From: Dehalococcoidia bacterium
GTDB taxonomy: Bacteria > Chloroflexota > Dehalococcoidia > UBA2979
Assembly: GCA_965262725.1 (NCBI GenBank)
Contig: OZ253555.1
Location: 1,312,001-1,376,000 of the forward strand
Length of the DNA stretch: 64,000 nucleotides
Direction of reading: 5' to 3'
The notes under the pieces are model-generated. The model was not told the origin of the DNA. It did no database searches and saw nothing but the letters and a program-made list of their open reading frames with translations. Made by a program: the position numbers and the translations under genes. The first letter of the stretch is position 1. Each line of letters begins with the position of its first letter. Positions 12,771 through 22,574 of the stretch are shown piece after piece.

Positions 12771-12799
12771 TTGACACTACAGAACACCCGTTCTAGAGT
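12771..12799 (+). promoter_or_regulatory. recA promoter with LexA (SOS) box in the spacer
   Basis: TTGACA(12771)-N17-TAGAGT(12794); palindrome AGAAC-ACCC-GTTCT at 12781-12794. Confidence 0.85.
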
Positions 12800-12875
12800 C
12801 GCGTTCGCGACGAACCTTCAGGACGGCGGAACTGTGACACCGCGGAGAGCGCGGAGCGACGAGAGGGGCCGCGAT

Positions 12876-14042
12876 ATGGGCAAGGGCCAAACTGCAGGAC
12901 GTGGGCGCCGGAAGGGTGGTCCAGGGGAGGCAGACGGTGCCTCGGGAACGCGCAGCCAGGAGCTCTCGAAGGCGATCGAGCAGATCACGAAGGACTTCGG
13001 CAGCGGCGCGATCATGAAGCTCGGCGACCGCGACGCGGCGCTCAACGTGGCGGCGATCCCGACCGGTGCCCTCTCGCTCGACGTCGCGCTCGGGATCGGC
13101 GGCGTTCCGCGTGGCCGCATCGTCGAGATCTTCGGCCCGGAGTCGGCGGGGAAGTCCACGCTCGCGCAGCACGTGATCGCTGAGGCGCAGAAGCGCGGTG
13201 GACTCGCCGCCTATATCGACGTGGAGCATGCGCTCGATCCCGAATACGCGGCTGCCTGTGGCATCGACGTGGACGAGTTGCTCGTCTCGCAGCCCGACAC
13301 GGGTGAGCAGGCGCTCGAGATCTGTGAGGCGCTCATCCGCTCCAACGCGCTCGATATCGTCGTCGTCGACTCGGTCGCGGCCCTCGTACCCCGCGCCGAG
13401 ATCGAGGGGGATATGGGGGACTCGCTTCCCGGTCTGCAGGCGAGGCTGATGTCGCAGGCGCTGCGCAAGCTCACGGGAGCGACCGCGCGATCGCAGACGT
13501 CGCTCGTCTTCGTCAACCAGCTGCGCGAGAAGGTCGGCGTGATCTTCGGGAGCCCCGAGGTCACCCCCGGGGGCCGCGCCCTGAAGTTCTACTCGTCGGT
13601 GCGCATCGAGATCCGACGCACCGAGAGCCTGAAGGATGGACAGACCTTCATCGGTAACCGCGTCCGTTGCAAGGTTGTGAAGAATAAGGTCGCGCCGCCG
13701 TTCCGGCAGGCGGAGTTCGACATCATGTTCGGCCCGGATGTCTTCGGCATCAACCGCACAGGCGACATAATCGACCTGGCGACGCACTACGAGATCGTGA
13801 CGAAGCTCGGGGCGTTTTACTCATACGGCGACCTGCGGCTGGGGCAGGGACGGAAGAACGCGTCCACGTTCCTCCGTGAGCACCCCGACATGTCGGACGA
13901 GATCGAGACGCAGGTACGTGCGGCCGCCGGGCTCCCCGGAACCCCGGAGCAGCAGGCCGCCGTCGTCGAGGAGCCCGCGGCCCAGGCTGCCGCGGGCGGC
14001 GGCGAGGCCCCGGGAGGCGGGTTGCTGCCGCTCGATGTCTAG
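12876..14042 (+). CDS. recA: Recombinase RecA
   Basis: [33 protein letters not shown] and [10 protein letters not shown] motifs. Confidence 0.98.
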   Translation: MGKGQTAGRGRRKGGPGEADGASGTRSQELSKAIEQITKDFGSGAIMKLGDRDAALNVAAIPTGALSLDVALGIGGVPRGRIVEIFGPESAGKSTLAQHVIAEAQKRGGLAAYIDVEHALDPEYAAACGIDVDELLVSQPDTGEQALEICEALIRSNALDIVVVDSVAALVPRAEIEGDMGDSLPGLQARLMSQALRKLTGATARSQTSLVFVNQLREKVGVIFGSPEVTPGGRALKFYSSVRIEIRRTESLKDGQTFIGNRVRCKVVKNKVAPPFRQAEFDIMFGPDVFGINRTGDIIDLATHYEIVTKLGAFYSYGDLRLGQGRKNASTFLREHPDMSDEIETQVRAAAGLPGTPEQQAAVVEEPAAQAAAGGGEAPGGGLLPLDV

Positions 14043-14589
14043 GCGAGCGGGCGCCGCGAGGGGCGGACTCGTCGGCCTCAAGCCGAGCGTGCCGGCGCCT
14101 CGCGGCGCGCTCGCCGAGGCGGTGGCGCTGCTCGCGCACCGCGCGCGTACGAGCTCCGAGCTGCGGGAGGCACTGGCCGGGCGTCACGCCCCGGGTGAGC
14201 TTGAGGCAGCCCTGGAGCGGCTTCGCCATCTCGGCTACCTCGACGACGAGGTCTGGGCGCGCCGCTACGTGGAGAGCCGTCGCGGGCGGGGTCGCGGCTC
14301 GTGGCTGCTGCGGCGGGAGCTTCTGCAACGGGGAGTTGACGCGGGCGTTGTCGAGGCAGTCCTTGCCGGCCGCGACGAGCTCGCGGCGGCGTGCGCGGCG
14401 GCTCGGCCGCGGCTTCGCGCGTCCGACGAGCTGCGCGCGGAGCCGCCGAGTCGCCGGCTCGCTGGCTTCCTCGTACGCCGCGGCTTCGCGCCGGAGGTCG
14501 TCGCGCAGGCGGTGCGCGAGCTGCTCGGCAAGGAGTTCGAGACCCAGGCCGGGGACCCCGGGGGTGGGCCGCCGATGGACGGGTCCTGA
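14035..14589 (+). CDS. recX: Regulatory protein RecX
   Basis: Overlaps the recA stop; [16 protein letters not shown] and FLVRRGF motifs. Confidence 0.85.
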   Translation: MSRRAGAARGGLVGLKPSVPAPRGALAEAVALLAHRARTSSELREALAGRHAPGELEAALERLRHLGYLDDEVWARRYVESRRGRGRGSWLLRRELLQRGVDAGVVEAVLAGRDELAAACAAARPRLRASDELRAEPPSRRLAGFLVRRGFAPEVVAQAVRELLGKEFETQAGDPGGGPPMDGS

Positions 14590-14772
14590 TCGCCCACTAG
14601 GCCGTGTGGCGCGCCGACGCGGCGGATGCAAACGTACCTGTCCGCCGCGGCGAAGGCTCTCCGTTCGCTCGCGGCGGGTCGACGATGCTACGATCCCTAG
14701 GATCACACTACTGACTTCTACTCGTCGCGCGAGGCGATCGCGCGCGACCGAGCTGGCGAAGCGGAGAATCCA

Positions 14773-16296
14773 ATGGAAACCGTTGTAGTAGCTGCGGCGG
14801 CGGGCGTCGCCGTCGGCATGGTGGTGCTCTACGTCTGGGTGCGCGTTTCGTCGGGAGGAGCGGTGCGCGCCGCACGCGAGCGGGCACGCCTCATCGAGAG
14901 CGAGGCGGAGACTCGGTCGCGCCAGGCGCAGGTGCAGGCTGAGCAGGAGGCTCTGGAGTACCGGCGTGAAGCCGAGAGAGAGGCGCGAGATCAGCGTCGC
15001 GAGCTGACGCGCGCGGAACGCCGGCTTGAGCAGCGTGAGGAGACGCTGGAGCGCCGCGCGGAGGGGCTGGAACGCGGCGAGCAGAGCCTGCGCGAACGCA
15101 GCGATCGGGTTGACATCGCCGAGCGAACCGCCGAAGAGGAGCGTGTCGCCGTCGCGGAGCTTCGAGAGCGCATAGCCGGTATGACGGAGGATGAGGCGCG
15201 CGCCGAGCTGCTGGAGACGCTCGACCGGGAACTCGCGGAGGAGGCCGCACGACGCGTCCGCGCGATGGAGGCGTCGGCGAAGGCGGAGGTCGATTCCCGG
15301 GCTCGCAAGACACTCGCCACGGTCATGCAGCGCATGACTTCCGAGATCACGGCAGAGACGACGGTCTCCGTGGTTCCGCTTCCCTCCGACGAGCTGAAGG
15401 GCCGCATCATTGGCCGCGAGGGCCGCAACATCCGTGCCTTCGAGGCGGCAACGGGGTGCGACTTGATCATCGACGACACGCCGGAGGTCGTCACCGTTAC
15501 GGGGTTCGATCCGGTGCGGCGAGAGGTCGCACGCGTCGCGCTCGCTCGCCTTATCCAGGACGGGCGCATCCACCCCACTCGCATCGAGGAGGCGGTGACG
15601 CGTGCGCGCTCCGAGGTCGACGAGATGGTGGTGGACGCTGGCGAACAGGCCGTCGTGGACACCGACGTCACGGGGCTTCACCAGGAGGTCGTGAAGACGC
15701 TCGGGCGGCTGCGCTTCCGCTACTCCTATGGCCAGAATCAGCTGCGCCACTCGATCGAGACATCGTGGCTGGCCGCGGCGGTTGCCGCCGAGATCGGAGC
15801 GGACGTGGAAGTCTGCCGCGTCGGCGGGCTGCTGCATGATCTCGGCAAGGCAGCGGACCGCGAACTCGAGGGGACACACGCGCGCATCGGCGCCGACATC
15901 GCGCGGCGCTTCGGCGTGCCGCAGCCGGTTGTTCACTGCATCGAAGCTCACCACGAGGAGGTGCGGCCCGAAACGACCGAGGCGCTCGTCGTGATGATCG
16001 CAGACGGGATCTCGGGCGGGCGCCCGGGAGCGCGCCGGGAGTCGGTCGAAGAATACGTGAAGCGCCTCGAGGCGCTCGAGGCGATCGCCAACTCCTTCGA
16101 GGGGGTCGATGAGTCCTTCGCCATCCAGGCGGGTCGCGAGGTGCGCGTCATCGTGCAGCCCGATCGCGTGGACGACCTTGCCGCGAGCCGTCTCGCGCGC
16201 GACGTCTCCCGTAAAATCGAGGAGACGATGCAGTACCCTGGGGAGATCCGCGTGACCGTTGTTCGGGAGACCCGGGCCACAGCCACCGCGCACTGA
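14773..16296 (+). CDS. rny: Ribonuclease Y
   Basis: N-terminal TM helix, coiled coil, KH motif KGRIIGREGRNIR, HD motif LLHDLGK, YPGEIRVTVVRE. Confidence 0.96.
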   Translation: METVVVAAAAGVAVGMVVLYVWVRVSSGGAVRAARERARLIESEAETRSRQAQVQAEQEALEYRREAEREARDQRRELTRAERRLEQREETLERRAEGLERGEQSLRERSDRVDIAERTAEEERVAVAELRERIAGMTEDEARAELLETLDRELAEEAARRVRAMEASAKAEVDSRARKTLATVMQRMTSEITAETTVSVVPLPSDELKGRIIGREGRNIRAFEAATGCDLIIDDTPEVVTVTGFDPVRREVARVALARLIQDGRIHPTRIEEAVTRARSEVDEMVVDAGEQAVVDTDVTGLHQEVVKTLGRLRFRYSYGQNQLRHSIETSWLAAAVAAEIGADVEVCRVGGLLHDLGKAADRELEGTHARIGADIARRFGVPQPVVHCIEAHHEEVRPETTEALVVMIADGISGGRPGARRESVEEYVKRLEALEAIANSFEGVDESFAIQAGREVRVIVQPDRVDDLAASRLARDVSRKIEETMQYPGEIRVTVVRETRATATAH

Positions 16297-17072
16297 TGCG
16301 TGTCCTTATGGTTGGGGACGTCGTTGGAAGCCCGGGGCGTCGGGCGGTAGCCCGGCTGCTCCCCGAGCTTCGGCGGGACCTCGCCATCGACGTCATCGTT
16401 GCGAACGCAGAGAACGCCGCCGCCGGCCGCGGGCTCACCGTGCGGACCGCGAAGGAACTGCTCGACGCTGGCGTCGACGTGCTGACCTCCGGCAACCACA
16501 TCTTTGATGTGCGCGACTTCGTTCCCTCGCTCGACGGCGATCTTCCTGTGCTGCGGCCGGCGAACTACCCGGAGGTGACGCCGGGCCGGGGCGTGCTGAC
16601 GGTCCGCGGCGTGACGGTCATCAACCTCATGGGCCGCGTCTTCATGCCGGTGCAGGTGGACGATCCGTTCCGCGTGGCCGACACCCTCCTCGGGCAGCTC
16701 GCAGGACCCGAGCCCGTCGTCGTCGACTTCCACGCCGAGGCGACCAGCGAGAAGCAGGCGCTCGCGTGGTACCTAGACGGGCGCGTCGCGGCGGTCGTCG
16801 GCACACACACACACACACCGACCGCCGACGCGCGGCTGTTGCCGCGTGGGACCGCACAGGTGTCGGATCTCGGCATGGTGGGGGTGCTGGACTCGATCAT
16901 TGGCGACGATGCCGAGTCGGTGATCGATCGCTTCTTGACGGGGATGCCGACGCGCCTCCCGGTCGCCTCTGGCGAGGAGGCGGTTTTGCAGTCGGTGCTG
17001 ATCGAGATTGACGAGGAGACACGGCTTGCGACCGGCATCGAGCGCATCGACCGAGGGTGCCTCATTGTCTGA
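16296..17072 (+). CDS. ymdB: YmdB/TIGR00282 family metallophosphoesterase
   Basis: GDVVG, NAEN, SGNH, DFHAEATSEK and GTHTH motifs; follows rny. Confidence 0.92.
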   Translation: MRVLMVGDVVGSPGRRAVARLLPELRRDLAIDVIVANAENAAAGRGLTVRTAKELLDAGVDVLTSGNHIFDVRDFVPSLDGDLPVLRPANYPEVTPGRGVLTVRGVTVINLMGRVFMPVQVDDPFRVADTLLGQLAGPEPVVVDFHAEATSEKQALAWYLDGRVAAVVGTHTHTPTADARLLPRGTAQVSDLGMVGVLDSIIGDDAESVIDRFLTGMPTRLPVASGEEAVLQSVLIEIDEETRLATGIERIDRGCLIV

Positions 17073-17105
17073 CCATCGCGGGTGCTGCCGATGGGACGAG
17101 ATGTC

Positions 17106-17987
17106 ATGAGCCGGGGCGACTTCCACACGCACTCCACCCGATCCGACGGGACGCTGACGCCCACGGAGCTAGTCCGTCTCGCGTGGCGGAATGGCGTGCG
17201 CATGCTCGCGCTTACCGATCACGACACGCTGGAGGGGATCGCCGAGGCCCGCGCGGCGGCCTGTGAATTGCCGGGTATGCAGCTCGTTCCGGGTGTTGAG
17301 CTCTCCTGCGATTTGCCCGGGACCGAGCTCCACGTCCTTGGCTTGTTCGTCGATCCGGACGATGAGGTCTTCTCGGCCGAGCTCGCGCGGTTCCGCGAAG
17401 GTCGCGTCGAGCGCGGCCAGGCGATCGTGGACGCGCTCGACCGGCTGGGAGTTCCGATCGACTGGGAGCGCGTTCGCGAGATCGCGGGAGACGCTTCGAT
17501 CGGCCGTCCGCACATCGCGCAGGCACTTCTCGAGCGCGGTCACGTCGCGAGCATCCGGGACGCATTCGATCGCTACCTTGCGCACGACGGCCCCGCCTAC
17601 GTGAGGCGCGAGAAGCTGGAGCCGGAGCGGGCGCTCGAGATGATCTCGAGAGCGGGCGGCGTCGCGGTCTTCGCTCACCCATCCTTCTCGCGAGGCAATG
17701 ACGCCATCGCGAAGCGGCTGGCCGCCGCGGGCCTGTTCGGCATGGAGGTCTATTACAAGGACTATCCGCCGGACCTGGTTGAGGAGTTGCGGGGGCTGGC
17801 GGCCCGCCTCGACCTCTTCCCGCTCGGGGGATCCGACTACCACGCGTTGCCGGGCCAGCTCGAGCGCGAACCGGGCGACATCCCCCTTCCCGACGAGGTG
17901 GTGGATCGTCTGGTCGATGAGGTGCGACGCCGAGGCTGTCAGGTACCCGAACCGGCGCCCGCGCCCGCGGGTGATACGACACCCTAG
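17106..17987 (+). CDS. PHP-domain phosphoesterase (TrpH/YciV-like)
   Basis: DFHTHSTRSDG, LTDHD, GRPHIA, AHP and GGSDYH motifs. Confidence 0.9.
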   Translation: MSRGDFHTHSTRSDGTLTPTELVRLAWRNGVRMLALTDHDTLEGIAEARAAACELPGMQLVPGVELSCDLPGTELHVLGLFVDPDDEVFSAELARFREGRVERGQAIVDALDRLGVPIDWERVREIAGDASIGRPHIAQALLERGHVASIRDAFDRYLAHDGPAYVRREKLEPERALEMISRAGGVAVFAHPSFSRGNDAIAKRLAAAGLFGMEVYYKDYPPDLVEELRGLAARLDLFPLGGSDYHALPGQLEREPGDIPLPDEVVDRLVDEVRRRGCQVPEPAPAPAGDTTP

Positions 17988-17998
17988 GACGTGCCGCG

Positions 17999-18505
17999 GT
18001 GCCTGCGACTACCTGCGACCGGCATCTCGATACGGGGACCGAGCTGGGGTGTCAGCGCTGCGGCATTCGGATCTGCCCACGCTGCATGGTGGAGACGCCG
18101 GTCGGCTTCCGGTGCGCGGCGTGCGCGGCCGGGCGGCGTCTGCCGATGTATCAGCTCGCACTCGGCGACTATGCGCGGGCACTCGGGGTCGCGTTGCCGC
18201 TCGGCGCCCTGTTCGGCGTTGGCGGTGCACTGCTGCTCGCCCCCACGCCCCGGGGGGGCTTCGTCGTGCTCGTGCTCGCGTTGCTCGGCGGGGCGGCTGC
18301 GGGCCGCGTCGTCGCTGCGGCGATCGACCTCGTCACACGAGGGAAGCGCGGGAGGTCGATGCAGGTGGTCGCCCTCACTGCTCTCCTGAGCGCCGGGATC
18401 GTCCGCCTCGCGGTGGGAGGGGAGCTGGACCTCGTGACTCGAGATGTAAGCGGCCTCGTGGCCGTGGCGGCAGGAGTCGTGGTCGCGTGGGATCGGTTGC
18501 GGTAG
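17999..18505 (+). CDS. B-box-like zinc finger fused to a membrane domain
   Basis: CDRH..CQRC..ICPRC..PVGFRCAAC followed by about four hydrophobic helices. Confidence 0.75.
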   Translation: MPATTCDRHLDTGTELGCQRCGIRICPRCMVETPVGFRCAACAAGRRLPMYQLALGDYARALGVALPLGALFGVGGALLLAPTPRGGFVVLVLALLGGAAAGRVVAAAIDLVTRGKRGRSMQVVALTALLSAGIVRLAVGGELDLVTRDVSGLVAVAAGVVVAWDRLR

Positions 18506-18515
18506 AACCGTTCCC

Positions 18516-18776
18516 CTAACGCAGTCTGTCGACGGCGATCAGCAGCACAAGCAGGCCGAAGCTCGCAAGCGAGACGCTCAACACGCGCCGAAGCTCACCG
18601 CCGACGTGGGGATACGTGGTCCTGACTGCTCGCCGGCGCTGGGCCGTGCTCGCGGATGGGCTGGCGAGCGCCTGAAGCTTCGCAGTCGCCGCCCCTGCCG
18701 GGGATTCGATCGCGGGCGCAGCAGACGGGCGAGGCCGAACTCGGCGATCGCGTCTCGTGCGTCGACTTCTCGACAT
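18516..18776 (-). CDS. Small hypothetical membrane protein
   Basis: Basic N-terminus, C-terminal TM helix; GGAGG RBS. Confidence 0.55.
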   Translation of the reverse strand: MSRSRRTRRDRRVRPRPSAAPAIESPAGAATAKLQALASPSASTAQRRRAVRTTYPHVGGELRRVLSVSLASFGLLVLLIAVDRLR

Positions 18777-18840
18777 CGGGTGGGCCCTCCCGGCGCGTCA
18801 GTCTATCGAGGCTCGTCGCTGCGAGGAAGGTCACCCACCG

Positions 18841-18869
18841 TTGACCGGCAGATTGCTCACGGCTACGGT
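18841..18869 (+). promoter_or_regulatory. Putative promoter of tRNA-Asp
   Basis: TTGACC-N17-TACGGT, ending 14 nt before the tRNA. Confidence 0.55.
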
Positions 18870-18883
18870 ACACGTGGTCCTGC

Positions 18884-18960
18884 GGCCCCGTAGTGTAGCG
18901 GTCCAACACGCCACCCTGTCACGGTGGAGATCGTCGGTTCGAATCCGATCGGGGTCGCCA
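18884..18960 (+). tRNA. tRNA-Asp(GTC)
   Basis: GGCCCCG acceptor, CCACC-CTGTCAC-GGTGG anticodon arm, GGTTCGAATCC T-arm, encoded CCA. Confidence 0.97.
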
Positions 18961-19189
18961 CAGGCCAAACCTGAAGTCGCGGCCCCCGGCTTGGCTGGCT
19001 CGGGTCATTCACGCGCGCAGTGGTCGAGTGCCTCGGTGGCAGGGCCGGGGATGGTCTTCCTGTAGCGCCCTGAGCACAGTCGCGCCGACCGCGGCTCCCA
19101 GCAGTGCTTCACCTCTGTGGCTCGCGCCGCGCCACACGAGACACCAAGCTCTTCGGGCTTCACCTTCGCCCGGACCGGGGCCTGCTCGA

Positions 19190-19540
19190 CTATGGATATC
19201 CGAAGCGATTGCGTTCGTCGACGAGCACGATGCGTGGACGATGCTCGCCGAGGCGGTCCTCAGAGACGCCCTCGTAGGCCATGATGATCACGAGATCCCC
19301 CGGATTGACGAGATGCGCTGCGGCACCGTTGAGTTGTATCTCGCCGGATCCCGCGGGTGCTGGGATGGCATACGTTTCGAGCCGCGCGCCGTTTGTGACA
19401 TCGAGGACGTGCACTTGCTTCCATTCAGCAATGTCGGCGACTTCCAGCAGTGTCTGATCGACACTGATCGAGCCCTCATAGTGGAGGTCCGTGCAGGTAA
19501 CGGTCGCGCGGTGGATCTTCGAGCGCAGCATCATTCGCAT
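19190..19540 (-). CDS. panD: Aspartate 1-decarboxylase
   Basis: [12 protein letters not shown]|S pyruvoyl cleavage site, NGARLETY and LNGAAAH motifs. Confidence 0.95.
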   Translation of the reverse strand: MRMMLRSKIHRATVTCTDLHYEGSISVDQTLLEVADIAEWKQVHVLDVTNGARLETYAIPAPAGSGEIQLNGAAAHLVNPGDLVIIMAYEGVSEDRLGEHRPRIVLVDERNRFGYP

Positions 19541-19759
19541 CCTTGGCGTGCTCCATTCTCCTTCAGACACCGTCACGCGCACCGCGCCGAGGAACCTACG
19601 CGACGTCTCGCCCATGCCCGGCGGGATCGTGCTCGATGAGATGACGCCAACGCATTGTTTGCCCAGTTTCGGACATGCACGCAACGCCTCGCGTTGTGGG
19701 GGCGAGGCTCGGGGCGGGTTCGGTCGAGCGGCGGATCGTGGTGGTCGACCTGGATTCCG

Positions 19760-20548
19760 CTACCGCTGGCCGAGGCCGAAGCCGCCGAGCAGCGAACCCT
19801 CCCCGCGCGCGCTGCCGCCGGCCGTCGGAGCGTTCTGGATGATGCGGTTCGCGAGTCGTGAGAAGGGGAGCGACTGCAGCCAGACACGCCCGTGGCCGGA
19901 GAGGCTGGCTAGGAACAGGCCCTCGCCCCCGAACACCATCGACTTGAGGTTGCCGGCTCGCTCGATCGAGTAGTCGATCCCGGGCTCGAGGGCGACGAGG
20001 CACCCGGTGTCCACGAGTATCTTGTTGCCCTGAAGCTCCTTCTCGATCACCGTCCCACCGACCGAGAGGAAGGCCATGCCGTCGCCGCTCAAGCGCTGGA
20101 GGATGAATCCTTCGCCGCCGAACAGCCCCGTCCCGAGGTTCCGTCGGAAGGCGATGTCGATCTTCGTCCCCAGCGCGGCGCAGAGGAAGGCATCCTTCTG
20201 CGCCAGGATCGTCCCCCCGAGCTCGGCCAGGTCGACGGGGAGGACCGTGCCCGGGAACTCAGCCGAGAATGCGACGACCTTCTTGCCCCGTCCGCCGTTT
20301 GTGAAGTGCGTGAGGAAGACCGATTCCTGCGCCATCGCCCGCTTGCCGGCGTCCTTGAGCCGGCCCCAGAGTCCCTGGTCGGGGTCGGCACCGTCCCCCA
20401 ACTTCGTCTCGAAGCGGACATCCGAGTCGAGGAACATCATCGCCCCGGCCTCACCGATCACGGTCTCGCCGGGGTCGAGTTCGACCTCGACGAACTGCAG
20501 ATCGTCGCCGAGGATGCGGTAGTCGATCACGTCACTTCGTCTCGCCAT
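19760..20548 (-). CDS. TIGR00266/AIM24 family protein
   Basis: GDDLQFVEVELDPGE, repeated FGGEG motif, WLQSLPFSRLA. Confidence 0.9.
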   Translation of the reverse strand: MARRSDVIDYRILGDDLQFVEVELDPGETVIGEAGAMMFLDSDVRFETKLGDGADPDQGLWGRLKDAGKRAMAQESVFLTHFTNGGRGKKVVAFSAEFPGTVLPVDLAELGGTILAQKDAFLCAALGTKIDIAFRRNLGTGLFGGEGFILQRLSGDGMAFLSVGGTVIEKELQGNKILVDTGCLVALEPGIDYSIERAGNLKSMVFGGEGLFLASLSGHGRVWLQSLPFSRLANRIIQNAPTAGGSARGEGSLLGGFGLGQR

Positions 20549-20743
20549 GTGAGGCCTCTCCATCGCCCGGGCGCCCGGATGCGGGTCGGCCCTGCTGATG
20601 ATCATAGCGCGGCCCGCGTCGTGCGTGCGGCTCCCCACTGCGGGCTGGAGCAGCGGCGACGGAGAGGTCATCCCGACCGCGGAGCGCCGCGAGCGCCGGC
20701 CGCGCTTCCCCGGGCCGCCGGGGCCTCGGCGACGGCGTGCCGT

Positions 20744-21598
20744 CTAGAGGCCGGCCTCCTCGTGCAGGAATCTCTTCACCTCGGCGGACCAGAGGGGAAG
20801 GTCGAGGCTCCAGCTGAACTGGTTCGGCGCCGGTGGGCGGATGCCCCTCGCGTGCCTCAGGGTCGTCAAGAAGCGCTCGTGCGAGCGCCCGAGGTTCGAT
20901 TGCGCGCCGTGAATCACCAGCGTCGGAGCCTGAATACGTTCGGCCGCGCTCCACCCGTCGTAGTGGCAGATGGCCCACGGAGCGGCACCGTGCCACCCCA
21001 TCCCCTCGTAGACGGCCGGCTGCTCACCTTGATTCGCCTTGATCTCGTCGATGACGGACTGCCGCATCTCGTCGGCCGTGCGCGCCACGCCCTCCCTGAC
21101 CGCATGGACGGATTGCCAGATCTCGGCGAGGTGGCTTCCGTCCGAGTTCTCTCCTTCGCCGGTATGCACCGTCTTCATCGCTTGGAGTCGGGCGGGCGTG
21201 TTCCAGTTGAACGGCTCCTCAAGGATGGCCGCGCTGACACGGTCCGGCCAGTCCGCAGCCACGCAGGCCGCGATCATCGCGCCCGTGTGCGTGCCGAAGA
21301 CGGCGGCCTTCTCGATGCCGAGGTCGTCGAGCACCCAGATCGCGGCTCGGGCGAATTCCTCCGTACTCGTGTAGGGCTCGGACGGACGATCGGAGTCGCC
21401 ATAGCCCATCGTCGACGGCGCGATGCACCGGAACTCGTCCTGCAGGTAGGGAAAGGACCTCGACATCTTGGCGGAGGACTCGGGTGTTCCGTGGATCATG
21501 ATGATCGCAGGGCCCTCACCCGCCTCCCGGTAGTCAATGTTTCCGTGTGGGCTGTGAACGAAGCCACGCCGCACGTAGTCGATGCTGGTCTCTGTCAC
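20744..21598 (-). CDS. Alpha/beta hydrolase-fold protein (atypical elbow GTHTG)
   Basis: IHGTP, GYGDSD and PTLVIHG motifs. Confidence 0.85.
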   Translation of the reverse strand: MTETSIDYVRRGFVHSPHGNIDYREAGEGPAIIMIHGTPESSAKMSRSFPYLQDEFRCIAPSTMGYGDSDRPSEPYTSTEEFARAAIWVLDDLGIEKAAVFGTHTGAMIAACVAADWPDRVSAAILEEPFNWNTPARLQAMKTVHTGEGENSDGSHLAEIWQSVHAVREGVARTADEMRQSVIDEIKANQGEQPAVYEGMGWHGAAPWAICHYDGWSAAERIQAPTLVIHGAQSNLGRSHERFLTTLRHARGIRPPAPNQFSWSLDLPLWSAEVKRFLHEEAGL

Positions 21599-21649
21599 CG
21601 GCCTCTCCTTCTCTCCGCCGGGCGCTCTGAGCCGGCCTCTCGCACGATG

Positions 21650-22096
21650 CTACCGCGTCGAGCTGCCCCGTCGCGCTCTTCCCCGCTTCGTGTTGTCCCA
21701 CGAGCGTATCCTGCGGGCGTTGATGCGCGCCCAGATGAGGCCAGGGGCCGGCTTTGCGGGGAGCTCCTCCCCAGTCGCGCCCCGCATGCTGCTGGCGACC
21801 TGAGCCAGGCGCAGGACCTCCGCGGGGTCCTCGACGAGTTCCGCGTCACCCTGGATCAGCAGGCCGCGGAGCTCGTTTATTTCCGCCCCGCTCTCGAGCA
21901 GCAGGGCGACCTCCGGGTGGCACCGGATATTCTCCAGACGCGACCCCCGGGCGTTGACGAAGAGGTCGTCGCCGTCGCGGTAGTAGGTAGGCGGCACCGC
22001 GTGTGGGTAGCCGTCGGGACCAACGGTCGTGAAGATGGCCCAGCGGGGACCCGCGTCGATGAAGGCATAGGCTTCATCGCGCGTCATCGTGGCCAT
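21650..22096 (-). CDS. PPOX-class (PNPOx-like, possibly F420-binding) split-barrel protein
   Basis: TVGPDGYPHAVP, NIRCHPEVALL, IQGDAELV and RIRSWD motifs. Confidence 0.8.
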   Translation of the reverse strand: MATMTRDEAYAFIDAGPRWAIFTTVGPDGYPHAVPPTYYRDGDDLFVNARGSRLENIRCHPEVALLLESGAEINELRGLLIQGDAELVEDPAEVLRLAQVASSMRGATGEELPAKPAPGLIWARINARRIRSWDNTKRGRARRGSSTR

Positions 22097-22574
22097 CGAG
22101 TGCACCCTTACTCTCGGGGTTGCTTCCTGCGGAGGGTACACGCTCGGCAGAAGATGCCGGTACGAGCCTCCGCGCTGCGGTGAGGTCGAGCCGTGCCCGG
22201 GCCTCGACGCTGCCCATCCCTTCCACGGCGACGAGCTTCCGGCGGCTCCGCGCTCCCGCGGCGACACGGAGCGAGGAGACCGGCACGTCGAATGCTCGCG
22301 CGAGCACTCGCAGCAGCGCGGTGTTCGCGCGATCCTGAAGGGGCGGCGCCGTGACTCGGACCGCGAGCGTGGCGCCGCCTCCCGTGCCGGCGTCGGCCGT
22401 GAACCCCTCGATCAGGTCATGGCGCGCTCGCGGCGTGAGGCGCACCGCGAACGTGCCGCTCGGTTCCGCGCAGCCTGCGCGGTCGTCACGCAGTCGCTCG
22501 CGCCCCGCTGGTCGCGCTGGCTCGGGGTGCTTCCGATGCGGCTCACCGCGGCGCGCCCGCCGGTGAGGCGACAC
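22074..22574 (-). CDS. DUF167/YggU family protein (start uncertain)
   Basis: VRLTPRA, VRVTAPP..RAN and GARSRRKLV motifs. Confidence 0.8.
   Translation of the reverse strand: MSPHRRARRGEPHRKHPEPARPAGRERLRDDRAGCAEPSGTFAVRLTPRARHDLIEGFTADAGTGGGATLAVRVTAPPLQDRANTALLRVLARAFDVPVSSLRVAAGARSRRKLVAVEGMGSVEARARLDLTAARRLVPASSAERVPSAGSNPESKGALDGHDDAR

Noticed and set aside
14590-14772. 6S RNA or other ncRNA between recX and rny
   Set aside because: Two local hairpins and a promoter-like TGCTACGAT explain the region. No long rod with a central bubble is evident.
19541-19759. pan RNA motif or riboswitch upstream of panD
   Set aside because: Only one short hairpin (CAACGC-GAG-GCGTTG) is visible. I cannot support a known motif without an Rfam scan.
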